Source: Phoronis australis (lineage: Eukaryota; Animalia; Phoronida). From it: DNA of 64,000 nt. This document shows, piece after piece, positions 38,521-51,400 of this stretch (its first letter is position 1; each line of letters opens with the position of its first letter). The DNA lies in assembly GCA_002633005.1 (NCBI GenBank), contig NMRA01000386.1:196058-260057 (forward strand). Direction: 5' to 3'. The translations under genes were made by a program, and so were the position numbers. Below the pieces are notes generated by a model. The model was not told the origin of the DNA, searched no databases, and saw nothing but the letters and a program-made list of their open reading frames with translations.

Positions 38521-39833
38521 TTCGGGACTTATGTTCATTAGGTCAGGTGATTTGGCCAACAGAGGGCGTGCAGAGATGACTTAAATGCTTGCAACATATT
38601 GAGATTGACATATTCACATCTGAATATTGTTTGTAAATAGAGTCCCATTCGACTTTGCCAGGCAACTGACGAAAGAGCAATGCCAATAATAATGATTTGC
38701 GATAGCAAAAGGTATAGATTAATTCAATGACTTGCCTTTACTTTGTATTAAACACAAAATAATAGTATCGATACTGAACCTAGAGTGAACTTCGGAAAGG
38801 AGTAGTCTACCATCAAAGAACCGGATTTTAATCGACAGCGTCGGTATTTTACCATGCGTTCTAAAATTGACCATACGAGGTTGTTGGTAAGAAAGATGAG
38901 CTTGCGAATATTTTGAAAAGGACTTTTTGGGGTGAGCGATCTCACGAAAATGTCATTTTATCAGACTTATCTCTCACGTCCACTTGTAAGGGAAATGCAC
39001 GTGAATTAGTTTGTTATCTCTACCTAATTGAATGTTCACGATGAAGGACGAAACCGTGGACTGGTTATTTCTGGTTCGGAGGCTACTGCACATATACCCG
39101 AATGAATCGTCTACCGACTGTAGACAACAGGTTACCTGGCAAAATGACAAAAAAACGCTTGCCTAACAATATCCTTTGCTGTTCCAGTCGGAATAACGTT
39201 AAATTGGCTGATTCATATGAGTTAGGACTTCAGTAGGCGCACATTGCTGTAAATTCGAAAATTACGTTTTCACGTAGTAGAATTTGCACGTTGCATTTTA
39301 ATTCTTTAGTAGCACATTTATGTTAACAAAATCAGTTATCCAGTACTGAACAGCCGAGGTAACATACACCTGAATTGTCTCCCTCTGAACTGTCAAACAA
39401 GGGGTGTTATGGCCATTCATATGTTATTTATAGCCACAACATAGGCCGCGATAACTGTTTTGCATCAACTGTTCAACGGTCGACTGAGTCTTGCCCATAA
39501 ACACGGTTTTGTTCGTATGAAAGCTCACGTCAACCAGAAGAGCAGGTTAATTCCCCTTCAATAAAATATGATGCATAAATATTTAACGTAATGACCCATA
39601 CTCCTGTTTTAAAAATGTCTACATTATCTGACCTCGTTGGTCGATCTGCCCAGGCATTCGCGGGATAACTCAAGTTACTAAATCATTAATTTTATCCGTC
39701 TGGTAGTTTCACCAATCGGGCAGACTCGTTTTCATACAAGTGAAATTTGACGGACCTACATGTATGAGCGTTTTCTGATTATCCTCTCATCAGCATCCAT
39801 TCTCAAACCAATGTTGGGTAGGGACGTGTGACG

Positions 39834-40572
39834 TCACGACGAGGGTCGGTGACTCTGATTGCCGAGTTGCTTAAGTCTCAATATGCAATTGTCCTCATAA
39901 ATTATCTCGAGACACTGATTCGTACGTGATTGCCGGCCTTTCTGATGTGAAGAGACTCTTTGATCCGTGTGACAAATCTTTGTGGATGCTTGTCGCAGAG
40001 ACTTTCCTCTAACGGTAACTACGAGTGAAATGACTGCAGCTCTCAACTCCATATCTCTACCAGTCTCCCCATTATACAATATACAATCACAGTGTTAGGC
40101 TTTCCTCTCGTTCCTACGGTGCACCTTCAATTTCTCCGTAACCCGTTGATCCATATTCAGGAAAAGAGGTCACCCTACGACGTCCTGTGTCTGTACGTGC
40201 CTTGCTTTAGCTGTCAGTCTGGGTATATAGAGCTGCGAGTCATCGAACTGGTCGAAATCTGGGTACGCTCATTTCTGCACACAGGAAAGAACTGGAAGTT
40301 CCCGAAGTTCCAGTCATTTCGCTCGCAGTTAGAGGAGCCAGAGCTTCCGAGCGCATTTTTCTGCTGTTACTTAACACACCAAGCAAAATAATAACATGAA
40401 GACAAAGATCAAATATACTTACCAGATGGATCAGAGATGCTCTTTACATCACGAAAGAGGCAAATCGTTGCAGATATAGTTATTCTGGAAAATTCCACGT
40501 GGACACATCATGTAATTGCATATTGAGACCTAACAGTACTAAACCTATTAGAGTCACCGACCCTCGTCGTGA
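39834..40572. mobile_element. 739-bp segment bounded by perfect 23-bp inverted repeats (non-autonomous DNA element)
   Basis: tcacgacgagggtcggtgactct (39834-39856) / agagtcaccgaccctcgtcgtga (40550-40572). Confidence 0.7.
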
Positions 40573-40950
40573 GCTCCTGCCCAGCACGACAACAATTTGA
40601 GAATGGATGCGAGGATTAGAAACCAGAACGTAAATTTGCGTCTGTGCGAAAAAGAATCTACCCTTTCAGTTAACACTAAGTTTCTTTCACTTGAGCGCTA
40701 CTTATGTGAATTTTGGATAACAATTCTTAAGTCCGTTTTTCTAGCTCCAATTCCTTACAGAAAAGTAATCATATTTGCAGATGGTTTGACAATTCTTTGA
40801 TTCTGAAAAATTAAAACTTAGCATCGCCATCAACTTGTAATGACAATCCTCGTCTCATCGACACTTTCGGTGCAACTTATAAAATATATCGGTATTAAAC
40901 GTTCTTTGCTAAACTTATACGAATACTCCGTAACGAATATAGGTAAGACC

Positions 40951-41020
40951 ATCAATATAGTATTTCCTTTTACGTGGGAAATTTTATCAATATAGCACTT
41001 CCTTTTACGTGAGAAATTTA
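40951..41020. repeat. 35-bp tandem duplication
   Basis: atcaatatag(ta/ca)(t/c)ttccttttacgtg(g/a)gaaattt x2. Confidence 0.85.
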
Positions 41021-44000
41021 ATCTACATTGATGACTACGTTTGCGTTTTCTAATTAATCATCTTTCCAGCTTCATTTGAATTGAAAACTTCATGACACGA
41101 ATTTCAACATAAACCAATTTATTCAAACCTCAACTTGGCACGGAATGTGGAAATCATCAGAACTCCATTGAAACAGTGACAGACAAAAGCACCTTTTCGT
41201 AAAGCCCCAAAAGTTTTTCTCTTCGATCTGTAAGGGTATTTCGCCATTTTGAAACACTCACGAAATAGAATTTTTTCTTTCGAACCCAGTTTAAAACTTT
41301 CGTCACACAGTACATATGATGTATAAAGCACAGTTGCCATACTTTCATTCGCTTTATCAAGACCCGGGTTCAAGATGTCACAGTTCCAAAGAAGAAGAAT
41401 GCGCATTATACGTACAAACCCAAGGTTGTTGCGCTTTTGCGTGGTAAGAATTGTTTGTGGATTGTAATGGTCAGTGTGCTTGGTAAGAATTTTTGGAGAG
41501 TGGTAATTAGGTTTCTTCTCCTGTGCTATGGATTTCCCTCCGTGGCTAGTATCCTGCACCTCATGGTGAAGGCTCGATACCTAATCCTCAAATGTTTGCT
41601 AGGATTAGGCGAAAACCGTTTTAAGATATGACGATCTCAACGTTTGAATTTGTAACCAATCTCCTTCATGACCAACCTATGATTGTGATGAAACTCACCT
41701 TTGCGACACAACCCTGCCCAGAATGTACGTTCAGCACTGTTTAAATCGTCACCTGGTAAACGCTTGATGTCACTGACCCGGGTAGATAAATTACGTGTTC
41801 AGTTAACAGTATATTCATTCTTTTCACAGTCACAATAAACTGTTTTGGTCAGCTACGGGGTGTCCTAGAAAGTGTAGCACGTGTTAGCATAAGCAAAAAT
41901 ACAATCTCCTCATTGGGCAATCCTGGCGTTAGGTTAGGCAATTCATCTCTTTAGAAAACCTACTTGACACGTTTGACTTATTGTGACGTTATCTCAAATA
42001 TAATTACTATCAAAACTACAAAACTTGTGTACCGTCATAAGGCGTCTATCTACAAAAACAATGCAAAGTATAGTCCATGCTATTTTTTGTCCGGATGCAG
42101 CAAGTGCGATTACGGTAAGCTGATGCCCCTATATCGAATGACTTGTCCATGTCAACACAACGAATTAAAAAGAGAACCAAGGGACCACAACCAATTAGGC
42201 TGACTGGAACGCTCCATGCACTGTAGTCTCTTGCAGGTCAATAAAACCAGAGGCGTAGTGGGATACGATAGCGGCAAATCGGCAAGCCCAGGGTTAACGG
42301 ATTCCTTGGAGCCCCCAGTAAAGTTGTGTAAAAATCAAAAGAAAAATCACGTCTACTATTATAGAAATTGGGTGCTCTCGTGTGTCTGTGAAGTAACGTT
42401 TCCGCCCAGTGACAAAAATTGATAACGGGGCAATACGAAAACTGGTCAAGAAAGATGCTAGTATTACTTCCAAAGTCATTTTTCATTTTATACATGTGTT
42501 GAACCCCATACAGTTGCCCGCCTTCTAACGAACGTTTGACATTAATGGTCTTGTGCACTCAAGCCCAACAGCCGTGACGAACGCGAACTGTTGAAATAAC
42601 ATTTGTAGTTCAAAGGAATAACTTGTCCTATCCACACGTGTATAATGAGGATAGGTTTCTCTTTATATTTGGAAACAATTGTGAAAGGGATTTCGAGCCC
42701 AAGAAAGCAAATATTCGTTCCCTGGAAATAACAAACGAGGCAGAGGTGGCCTCTAATTGAAGTGAACTATCTTCAGTTATTTGCCATAACCATTACAGCG
42801 TCCTGTCGTTCAGTAACTTTTCAAGACGTGAGGGGTGCTGAACGTGTTATAATATCTGGCTTAACTTAACTTTCATTTTTATCAGCCCACCCCAGTCAGG
42901 CCAGATACGATCTGATCGGAGATTAGAGCAATTATCAAACAAAAGAGCGCAGGCCTTCCAACCATCAACGCCAGAATGGAGTTAATTGGCTACGGGGGTA
43001 AACTTCCCAACTTGTTCTTGGGCTATACAGTCGAACAAGTTGGGAGCAACGGGATGTCGCCGTCATGCAATCGTTAAATCCAATGAGCTTTGTATAATTA
43101 ATTTATCGCATTGGTTAAAACTGCTCTATTTTGTCTTAGATCAGTTAGAATTGAGCGAGTTGCATTGGCCCAGAGGGTCATTTCATGGGTCGAATATGGC
43201 CTCCCGCATAACTGTCAATGTAATCAATCTGGAGCCCCAATACCTTAGAAAATCTTTCCACGCAGTGGATTTCAAAGAATACTGGACCCGGTTTTTACCG
43301 ATTAACAGACATTAACAACGACTTTCCCATTCAGATCTATAAAATGAAATAATGTTCTGTATTCCTCGTCAGCCTTTAAAAGTTTGGAGAAAATTTTGAA
43401 AAGTCCTTACACGGTCTCATGAGCGAAAAAGTGTGCCCTAGGCTGTGGGCGAGTTACACGATAACTGTAGGGAAAGACCACCAGCCCAGAACCATATAAT
43501 CTATTCTGTGACACAGTAAGTATGATTTTTAGTTGCATGCTACTTTCATCACTTCAGCGAGACGTCGGTGGTGCATTACCAGGAGACAGAACGAAGATTG
43601 GTTGAAATCACCAAAACTATGGTGAGTATCTCTTTAACTCGAGTTTACGGGAACCCTTTAATTTCCTAAATTTTGTTTTCCCGAAGGAGAATTAACACGT
43701 TATTGTTATTGTTCATTTTATTATACTAAGCGAATGTTTTAACATTAAAAGGAGACGAACGAAATACGCCTTCCTTCACAAAAAACAACCTTTGATTTAG
43801 ATCACTTACCGTTATGAACATTGGTCTCAAGTAGTTCATTGTTCAATCTGGTGATGATTTCAGGGCTTCGACTGAATGTAAAGTTTGTTATTGTTTGGGA
43901 TCAGCCTCCACACGTTGGCCTGTCACGACGTGCCATTTCATGGATTTTTGAAAACTCTGAGATCAATTCTCATCTAAGTAAGTTAAGGGCACTTTCATAG

Positions 44001-44045
44001 CGGTAAGTGGTCTGAATAAAAATTTCACTTTTTCGACAGAAAGTG

Positions 44046-44197
44046 GGGTAGAGTTCAGAAACGCTAGGATATCGCTAAAAAGCAAGAGTTCGCGAGATTA
44101 CGTGAGATATTGCCGTATATTTTAAATGAGAACACGTGATTTTGGCTAGATTTTAGCGAGGTCCTAGCGTAGGTCCTAGCGTTACTGAACTCTACCC
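44046..44197. mobile_element. ~150-bp MITE (TIR gggtagagttcag), related to and inverted against its neighbour
   Basis: gggtagagttcag...ctgaactctaccc; the core is the reverse complement of the 44220-44370 core. Confidence 0.8.
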
Positions 44198-44219
44198 AGA
44201 TTTGTGTCTGCTTTAATTG

Positions 44220-44370
44220 GCGTGCGTTCAGTAGACGCTAGGACCTACGCTAGGACCTAGCTAAAACCTAGTCAAAGTCACGTGTTCTCATTTAGAATGC
44301 ACGGCAATATCCCACGTAATCTCGCGAAGTCTTGCTTTTTAGCGAGGTCCTAGCGTTACTGAACGGGAGG
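44220..44370. mobile_element. ~150-bp MITE (PIF/Harbinger-like)
   Basis: gcgtgcgttcagta...tactgaacgggagg; near-identical inverted copy at 49453-49615. Confidence 0.85.
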
Positions 44371-45220
44371 CTGTTTTGGTTTATAATAACGTTGCTGAAA
44401 AAGTGGCCAAACGATAGACATCAAAATTTAACGGATCCTATTTTTAAAGTACAAACAACATGAAAGACTAGTACGGTTTAAAAGTTTCTCCAATTTAGGA
44501 CACAATATGGCGGACAAGTTTGTTTTTCATTTTTTTCATGAGAGATAACGTTGCACCATATAAATGCTTTATTTGAACAACAAAATGTGAAACATAATAT
44601 TATTGACGAGCTCTCTTTTTGGCGGCAGATGTCACTTCTGCATGGCAACTTCCTTAAAATGTAGTGTAAATACAATCATAGCACTTAATCAACATGATTC
44701 GCACCCAAACTGAAGTCCCGAGTGCATGAGCTGAAACACCGGGAAGTCAAATCAGGGTAGTGTTCCCGTAAGAAGACCAACTTTCTTGCCAGAAAAGCGA
44801 GATCACGCAAGACCACGCAAACTCAAGCGAGTGAAAGGCGAGTGTTCCGCAAATACGCTCGAGACTATTTAAGCGGCCGTAGTAGAATGAAGGCCACAGA
44901 ATTGATTCGTCGGCGAGAAGTTGGAATGTTGAATTGTGGGATAGAATCAATAAGTTACCGGATAGAATTCACTGCAGTTCCGTTGCATAAGCGAAGATTT
45001 CTCGATGCAAGGGCAAGGCTAATACATGTATCTTGAATTTACGGAACGAAGAAATGACTGGGATTATCTTTTACAGAAAATTGCACTTAATTTATGCACG
45101 CAACGCACGCGCGTTGACCGAGAACATGCGCTTTTTGGGGAACAATAAACAGAACTTAATTTCATACGTTGATAGAAGGATACTCTTGATCATGCCTGTC
45201 GTGACAAATTTTTACACAAG

Positions 45221-45416
45221 CTATGCTAATTTACATAGAAGTAATATCACAATGTTTATGAAATGGAAACCAAGTTGAGCGTGCATGTTTAATCCGGAAC
45301 TGCTTGTGGAACTGAGCAAGTCCCCCTGACCGCCTTTGTTAATGCCTTGACTTGGCTTGAACGGATAAATTTGATCACAGAAACCATTGAAGATGGGCTG
45401 AGCGCTGATACCTCGA
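45221..45416 (-). CDS. Hex exon 13 (C-terminus with hydrophobic tail)
   Basis: [65 protein letters not shown]; candidate AATAAA (minus strand) at 44568-44573. Confidence 0.9.
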
Positions 45417-48400
45417 CTGAAAAGGAAACAAATGCTATTGAAATAATTGAAATCATTTATGTCTCTAGTTCAGTGAACGACATGCCTTATGGTTTTTACT
45501 TACAGATAATATCGTGAAGATTTATGTCAACACATTCAAAATTGATTTTTCAGGTATAGTTGTGTCCTTTCAGCTTGAGAAGAAAGTATTGAAACAAGGG
45601 ATGTCAGATTCACGGTTGTATTCACACAGGCAAGAAATTTCCCAGAATCCTCACTGGTAGGCACAGTGACGCCTATTGCCAAAAATTGCATTTCAAAAGG
45701 ACTCGCATGCACAATGATAAACCCTTACTTCAACATTCTGCATCTGTGATCATCGAGCCTGTATTTCGCCACCTCCGTGTCGTTGACGGATTTCTTGCTC
45801 CACAGTCGTTCTGCTACAGCAGAAGCGCGAGGCCTGAAACAGGGGCGAGAAAACTCATTATTTTATAAACATCTTCAATGGTTGTCGACAAAAGTATGTG
45901 TGAGAAATAGTTTCATTTCCACGACCTAATTTATTGGTACCTACCGACCAGGTACATCCTTTCCAAACTTCATAAACGTATAAGTTTATCCCACCTGTAA
46001 TGGGATCATCAACTCCCCGCTTTTATCGTCATCTCAGAAGACCTTGCTGACTATCAGACAAATTGCTGACGTCAGACACAGACTTAGCTGACGACAATTC
46101 TATACAAGAGTCATTTTGATGAATGCATGGTACTCTTTTAATTAACATCAAGGGCGGATCCAGGAATTTGAATTGGGGGGAGGGCAGAGCAGAGTATTAG
46201 CCAGGATTTTACCAGTCAAACATTCGCACCCCGAACATCCAACTGAAATGTGGTAGAATTTTAGGGAAAGCCAAGGCCTTTGCTCCCCCCCCCCCTAAAT
46301 CCGCNCCCCTAAATCCGCCACTGGACACAGGGTCCTCAGGTAACTCACAAAGTGAAATAGGCGAATCGTAACGACGCTTGCCGCAGCTGCCACAGCCACA
46401 CGTTGACAAGTCAAGTTATCTGTTTATGATGTCAACTGGCGCGAATCTACTTCTGTAGGTTGTCTTGTTTGCAGAAGGTGTTGCTTGTGAGCTGTAGCGT
46501 GGATCTGAAGGGGTTTGTCTATCATGCATGTAACTTATCAAAGCATAAATTAAAGGTATTTACACTTTGCCTATCCGTTTAAGATATAAAAGTAGTTTCT
46601 TCCCGAGTTACTGCACTACTAACCCTCACCATAGTCTAGACATCAAGTTAGTATCGTCAACGAATGTCCCCCACAAACAAGCTTCACCGCCAACAATTCT
46701 CTCTTTATCTTTATGGCTACCTAAAACGAACACCAGACGGCTAGTTTTAACGTTTAGCCTTTTCTGACAAGTCAGAACTGCGGCCATAAACAAACCGTTT
46801 GAGTAATAGTCAACTCCCATCCCTGTCAGAAATAGGCCTATTGTTAAAACAAATTTTGAGTTGTGACTTCACAAGCTCTTGGGAGAACTTTCCATGGACC
46901 TGGAAAAAGAACTACATTAGCAGTCGAAATGTCGGAATAGCAAACAATTACAAACAGTCAACGAACTCCTAAGACAGGCGAAGTGCATGCATCGATAACT
47001 AAATGAAACCTTATAACACAGCTCGCCTGGCACAGAATGAATAAGAACCAATGGCATCACGACTCTTCATTCAATTGGCGAGAGACTAAATAACGGTAGG
47101 TGGAATCTGGTGTGACGGAATTCGGTGGTGCTGTACAGGCTCCAGCCATCGGCTGTCCGTTATTGTCTAGTTTATGAACGGCTATCCGTTATTGTCTAGT
47201 GTATGAACGTGCGTTACACAAATGCAAGCAGTTTGCAACCAGGGCTGAGTTGCATAAAGCTTCAAAAGTTATCCGTTGGATAAATTTGATAGTTGCATGA
47301 CGTCAGAAGCATTGTTCAACAATAACAACGTGACACATGACAATGCGACGTCATTGTTGCTATACGGCGTTTAACTTTTATGCATCTGGGCCCAGGAAAG
47401 TTATATGGTCTGCAGTGGCGGATTTAGGGGGGCAAGGGGGCCATGGTCCCCCCTAATATTCTACCACATACCATTTGGGAGTTCGGGTGCGCGCAACCGG
47501 TTGCTCGTTGGGGGTGAATAAGCAACGCATAGGCCCTGAACAAACTGAACAAACCCCGTCTCCCGTTTTTTTATTTTTTAGTCAACAGGTCCGTACAACC
47601 CCAAACATTCCAGGCCTCTACGTCCGCACATTTTAGGCTGGGCGCGCACATCTGCCGAAATTCTGGTTAGTCCCGTGCCATGGCCCCCCTAACTCAAAAC
47701 CCTGGATCCGTCCCTGGTCTGTTTCACAAAAATGGCTTATATTGAGTACTGCTTATTATGAGTATTACTATGAGGCACCCCGTTTCACACAATGACGAGT
47801 TTGAATGACTTGATTCAATTTTGCAGGGGAAGATACCCATTTTTGATTTCGGTGTCATGCTGGGGTCAGAATGGAGGCCACAGGTCAATGTTACTTTTAG
47901 CTTAATAAACTGACCCGCTTCAGAAATTCCGCCAGACGCTCTACGCAACTTAGAATTTCCGAAAAAGTATTTTATCTCGCTTCAACAAAGTAAAAAGACT
48001 CTGAGAATATATTCATAGATATTGGTTAATCAGAATGAACAGAGCTTTGCTGAGGCGTTATGTGCTAACAATTACTTTAGAATAACTCCATACGGGGAGC
48101 ATGTTGTATTTTGTATGAAACAGACCCTGCAACAAGTTTAGATAGCTTATAGAAATATTCTGACCTTCTGATATAAAGTAATTTTGTATGAGCTGATACT
48201 TAAAAAAATTAACTATTAGTGCACTGAAAGCCACGCCAACCTCGGGAAGAGAAAACAATGTACTCAGGGAACGTTGTGCTCGGGGAAAACTAGGGCCTAG
48301 GTAATAACGAGCCCGGGATCACCAGACCTGCATAACATAGGGCGAGCAAGGATTGAGATGGAGGAAAATCGGCTGGGGACTGTGGAAAGTAGGGACTGGG

Positions 48401-51400
48401 AAAATACGGGTAAGGACCCTCGCAGGCTTTCACTATTTCTGTACAAAGTTTTAAGCGACAAAACATGCCGACAGTTAAAGCGAACATGAGCATAATTAGT
48501 TCTGGCGTGCGAACCCACTTATTTGAAACCTGCCGGCTCATTGCTTAAAAAAAATGATCCTAATCCATTTCAGATGGCATCACGTGGCACAGGGGGTAAA
48601 AGAATAGACGGACCCCGACACATTTCAACTGGCATCAAATTAATTTTTATTTTTTAAATTATGGACCACTGAAAATGCCGCATCTTCGCAACAGCTTTAA
48701 AAAACAGACCAGAACTCTATTAATAGCTATTTTGTTTGGCCTTATACCTTGAATCAGCGACCAGTATTTTTTAATAAAATATTGTTTTCTTTCTTGCATA
48801 TTACAGAAAGTAATTAATTGCGACGTAAATTACACCGCCCATAATTCGTAGCTCCTTCGAGTGCCACGGAGAAATTCTCAACCAATCAGCGTTAAGTGGC
48901 ACATGTGACATCATCGTACCAGCGAAATTTCTCCTAATCCTGACTGCGTAACAGCTGAGTGCCAATTCTTTGACGTAGGCTAGTTGTCGGTATCCACGTT
49001 ATCGGTTATCCACAAGGACTGGCGACAAAATTCCAGATCTGCTGTTGTTTTAACTTACAGCTAATTTGTCCTTCTTTGATGAAAGCACTTTTAATTCGAG
49101 AAAAATCACAAAACACTCCTACATAAACAACGGAGATATGAAGCCATGTCCAGAGAGCATACAACACCTGGTACTCTAAATGCTGCGACACGTGATGTGT
49201 CTTAAACGACTGAAGACTGTTCGACATAAAGGAGTGTCAGCGGCAGCCTTTTGACAGGTTCCCACAGCCGTTGTATCACAGGTCAGTAATAAAGTAAATT
49301 GCAACACAATGTGCACAAATACTGCGTGCAAACGCACAGCAGCTGGTGGCAACTGCGATTTGGTGGCATTCACAACAACGTCTGAAGTAACTAGCGAAAA
49401 GTCTGCCATTGAGACACTTACAATACCTTATGTGAACGTGCCCTTAAACCAGCCTCCCGTTCAGTAACTCTAGGACCTCGCTAAAAAGCAAGACTTCGCG
49501 AGATTACGTGAGATATTGCCGTGCATTTTAAATGAGAACACGTGACTTTGACTAGGTTTTAGCTAGGTCCTAGCGTAGGTCCTAGCGTAGGTCCTAGCGT
49601 CTACTGAACGCACGCCAGATTGCAGTTATCGCCAGAAGCTGCACTTGTTTGTGCACGTTGTTGCAAAAAGCCATACTAGCACAAGGCAATTGACTTTTTA
49701 TTGAACAAAATCTGCGACAACTACGACTGCGACTCGTACGACTTTATGTTGATTAAGCTTAAACTTCGATAGAGTTACCTGGGAAGTCCTGGGGGTCACA
49801 TGTATAGTATTCCTTCCACGCATTTCTGTAGGAGATCATGTTGAGGTACCAACACGAAGACAAGATGGCGCGATGTCCGATCTTCACAACTGTTGCCATG
49901 TAATGTTTCCACGATTTCATACCTGGAAAGATGGCTGCGTCCTTCCACACTTGTACCGTTGGATTTCCTTTTAGCTAAACAAAGGAAAGAGTCTATTCAA
50001 ATGACAGTTGGGCTGCGTTACGTAGAACAAGTTTCTTACTTGCAATCCTGTGTAATCACGAAAGTCCCCGCGAGATATCGCAGTCCATTGCAAGCGAAGC
50101 AAGTGATCACGCCAGCTTGTACTGGCGAGTGTCTTGCGTTTACGGAACACGACCCCACATGCTTATTCAGTTGGTGACTAGCCAGCCAGCTAGCTGTATG
50201 AAGACTGTCGTATGTTTAATATACGGCTTTGTACCAGGGTTAATTGGTGACACGATCATGAAACTCCTGGTCTAATTTCCACCGAGTCGTTGCACTACTG
50301 TAATCTCGCATAGCATTAATACTGTGTTTAGATGTGGGTTTTCATGAGAGGACAGGTAGTTCTAAGGTCTGGCGGGTTAGACGGCAGAATAGCCGCTCTT
50401 AGGTTATGTGGGCCCTACCATTGTGATGTTACATGCTGTATTTTGTTGGATATCACTTTTCCAAAAATATAAGATTCTATTCTCTGTTTATTTATGATAA
50501 GAAGCCGCTCGTGCTGAATTAAAAAACATTTTTGTGTCCCAGTCATTACCTGTTTTCCGTTTTCGACAAGATCTTGCCACACGATGGCGCGCTTGTCGAG
50601 TGCTACTGCAACACCGAGCAGCTTCTCGGCATACAGCCGTTCCAAATCGTGGTAAGATTTGACGCCATGTGACCTCATGTAACGCCATATGTTTGGATTA
50701 GACTTCCTGGGGGCAGAAAAAGATAACTTATAAGGATGACAAAGGAAACACTTCACTACTAAGTTATATACAATTTTGATTGACGAGAACTTATAATCTT
50801 AATCTTGACTCACTTTTCATGAATCATACCCCAAACATACATACAAAACGCCACCAGTTAGTTTTTGATCAACCTACCAACAATCTTTACCGACTTCAGA
50901 AAGTCCGAGATGTAACGAACGATCACGAAACACTTCGGACAGTTCTTTGTACAGCTCCTCTATGAACTTATAAGTGTTGTTCAGAGTCGGATTTAGAATT
51001 TCACGCGCAGAGTGCCGCGTGAAGTTGGCTGTGTCCGCATAGACACCATCACCGTAACACGGTGTTAGCAAATCTGAAAGAAGAGATGGAAAGCGGGAAT
51101 AATATGAATAGTTTTAAGGTCCTAAAAATGTGCACATTTGGCCAACTTAGGAACACCACATTCTCAGAAATGGCAGATCGGGTTCATAGAAAACTTTCAA
51201 AAACTATGCTTTACGAGTTGTTTTGCATGAGGGGCTATCAAAAAACAGTTTTCTTGATTTTCATGGAAAAGTTGAAGGTTGCATAGCGGAATGAAAACGA
51301 TATGATAATTTCAAAACCTGACAGTAACAGAGAGAGATTTTGTCTTGAACGTTTGTATCAAATAAAATGAAATCCTATAATTGACATCGTTGTTATCGTA

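Noticed and set aside
42880-43630. Plus-strand splice-like signals and a discoidin-like 'ARMELIG' peptide
   Set aside because: In-frame stops and no coherent exon chain.
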